DNA of 64,000 nucleotides, from contig OX597814.1 in assembly GCA_951406725.2 (NCBI GenBank), positions 205,530,001-205,594,000 on the forward strand, written 5' to 3'. Below, one piece after another: positions 63,323 through 64,000 of the stretch. The DNA is from Octopus vulgaris. Lineage: Eukaryota. The first letter of the stretch is position 1. Every line of letters begins with the position of its first letter. The notes beneath the pieces are model-generated. The model searched no databases and was not told where the DNA came from. It saw only the letters and a program-made list of their open reading frames with translations. The translations under genes and the position numbers were made by a program.

Positions 63323-63789
63323 TATGTTTCTTTATTAGCCACACGGGGCTGCACACAGACGGGACAAATTACAAAGTAGAGCTTTTCTTTATGGGGAGAA
63401 AAGAAGAAAAAAAAAGTGGGGTAGGTTTTTGATCAAAAGGGATCGCAAAAGGGAAAGAAAAGAAAAAAGAAAAAGAAAAAAAACGATCAATAGGGATCGT
63501 GTATCACAGAAATGTCATGATGTAAAGTGTAAAGGGGGAAGTAGATAGGGTTTATCCATGGAAAGAAAAGCCTACGGAAAAGACCATGGTAACCTCGGTC
63601 AATAATGTCACCTGTTAACACATTTGTTTGCAAGTAGGTAACCCTCTGTTTTAAATTTTTCCAGGTTCATAGGATTATGCTCAAGGTGGCTTCGTCATTC
63701 ATATGTGCCATCCTTGCCACATTCACCCATCTTTTTTTGAAACATTCACTTGACAAAACTTGCCTCTCTACTCTCACTTTCCTTTTCAA
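63323..63789 (-). mobile_element. Tx1/L1-like LINE 3' end (second family)
   Basis: LKRKVRVERQVLSSECFKKRWVNVARM, homologous to MKQKIRLEKKCLSQSVFHKRWKSIASM at 45720; T-rich UTR and AATAAAGAAA end. Confidence 0.78.
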
Positions 63790-64000
63790 CTGATACTTGA
63801 AGAAGTTGATGAGAGATTGACCAGAGAGGAAAGTGTAATAGGGATAATAATGAAGTCATTGAAAAGAAAAGGATGGGGAATTGTAACGACAGTGATAGGA
63901 TAATGGTGAGGTGGGCAGTAATTATTATGGTAAGGGTGAAGAGAAGAGGCCCTCTGACTAGAAATCTGCATTTTGTACATGGAATTTGTCTTGGGCGGAG

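Overview
AT-rich, microsatellite-laden eukaryotic DNA with no intact protein-coding gene. The repeat families (tRNA-SINEs, RTE LINE tails ending TTAAACGATGATGAT) look like a coleoid cephalopod, probably Octopus (inference from repeat recognition, not a search). The window is intergenic or intronic and mostly made of decayed mobile elements: one Tc1 with TIRs, three mariner relics, many RTE LINE pieces, R4/Dong, Hero, CRE, CR1, Tx1 and Penelope fragments, non-autonomous Helitrons, a 796-bp fold-back transposon with an 8-bp TSD, and several SINE families. Most ORFs in the track are microsatellite translations or TE relics. The most notable observations are chimeric small retroelements: a pre-tRNA-His fused to an RTE 3' tail, a tRNA-headed element with a hammerhead-like Penelope-type tail and an inverted tail copy, and a 5S-rRNA-headed SINE. 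Also notable are a modular double-hairpin repeat array in the RTE 3' UTR, many long inverted repeats (potential dsRNA), and weak traces of a decayed cyclic-nucleotide-binding-domain channel gene on the minus strand. Coordinates were read by eye and element ends are approximate unless a TSD or TIR is quoted.
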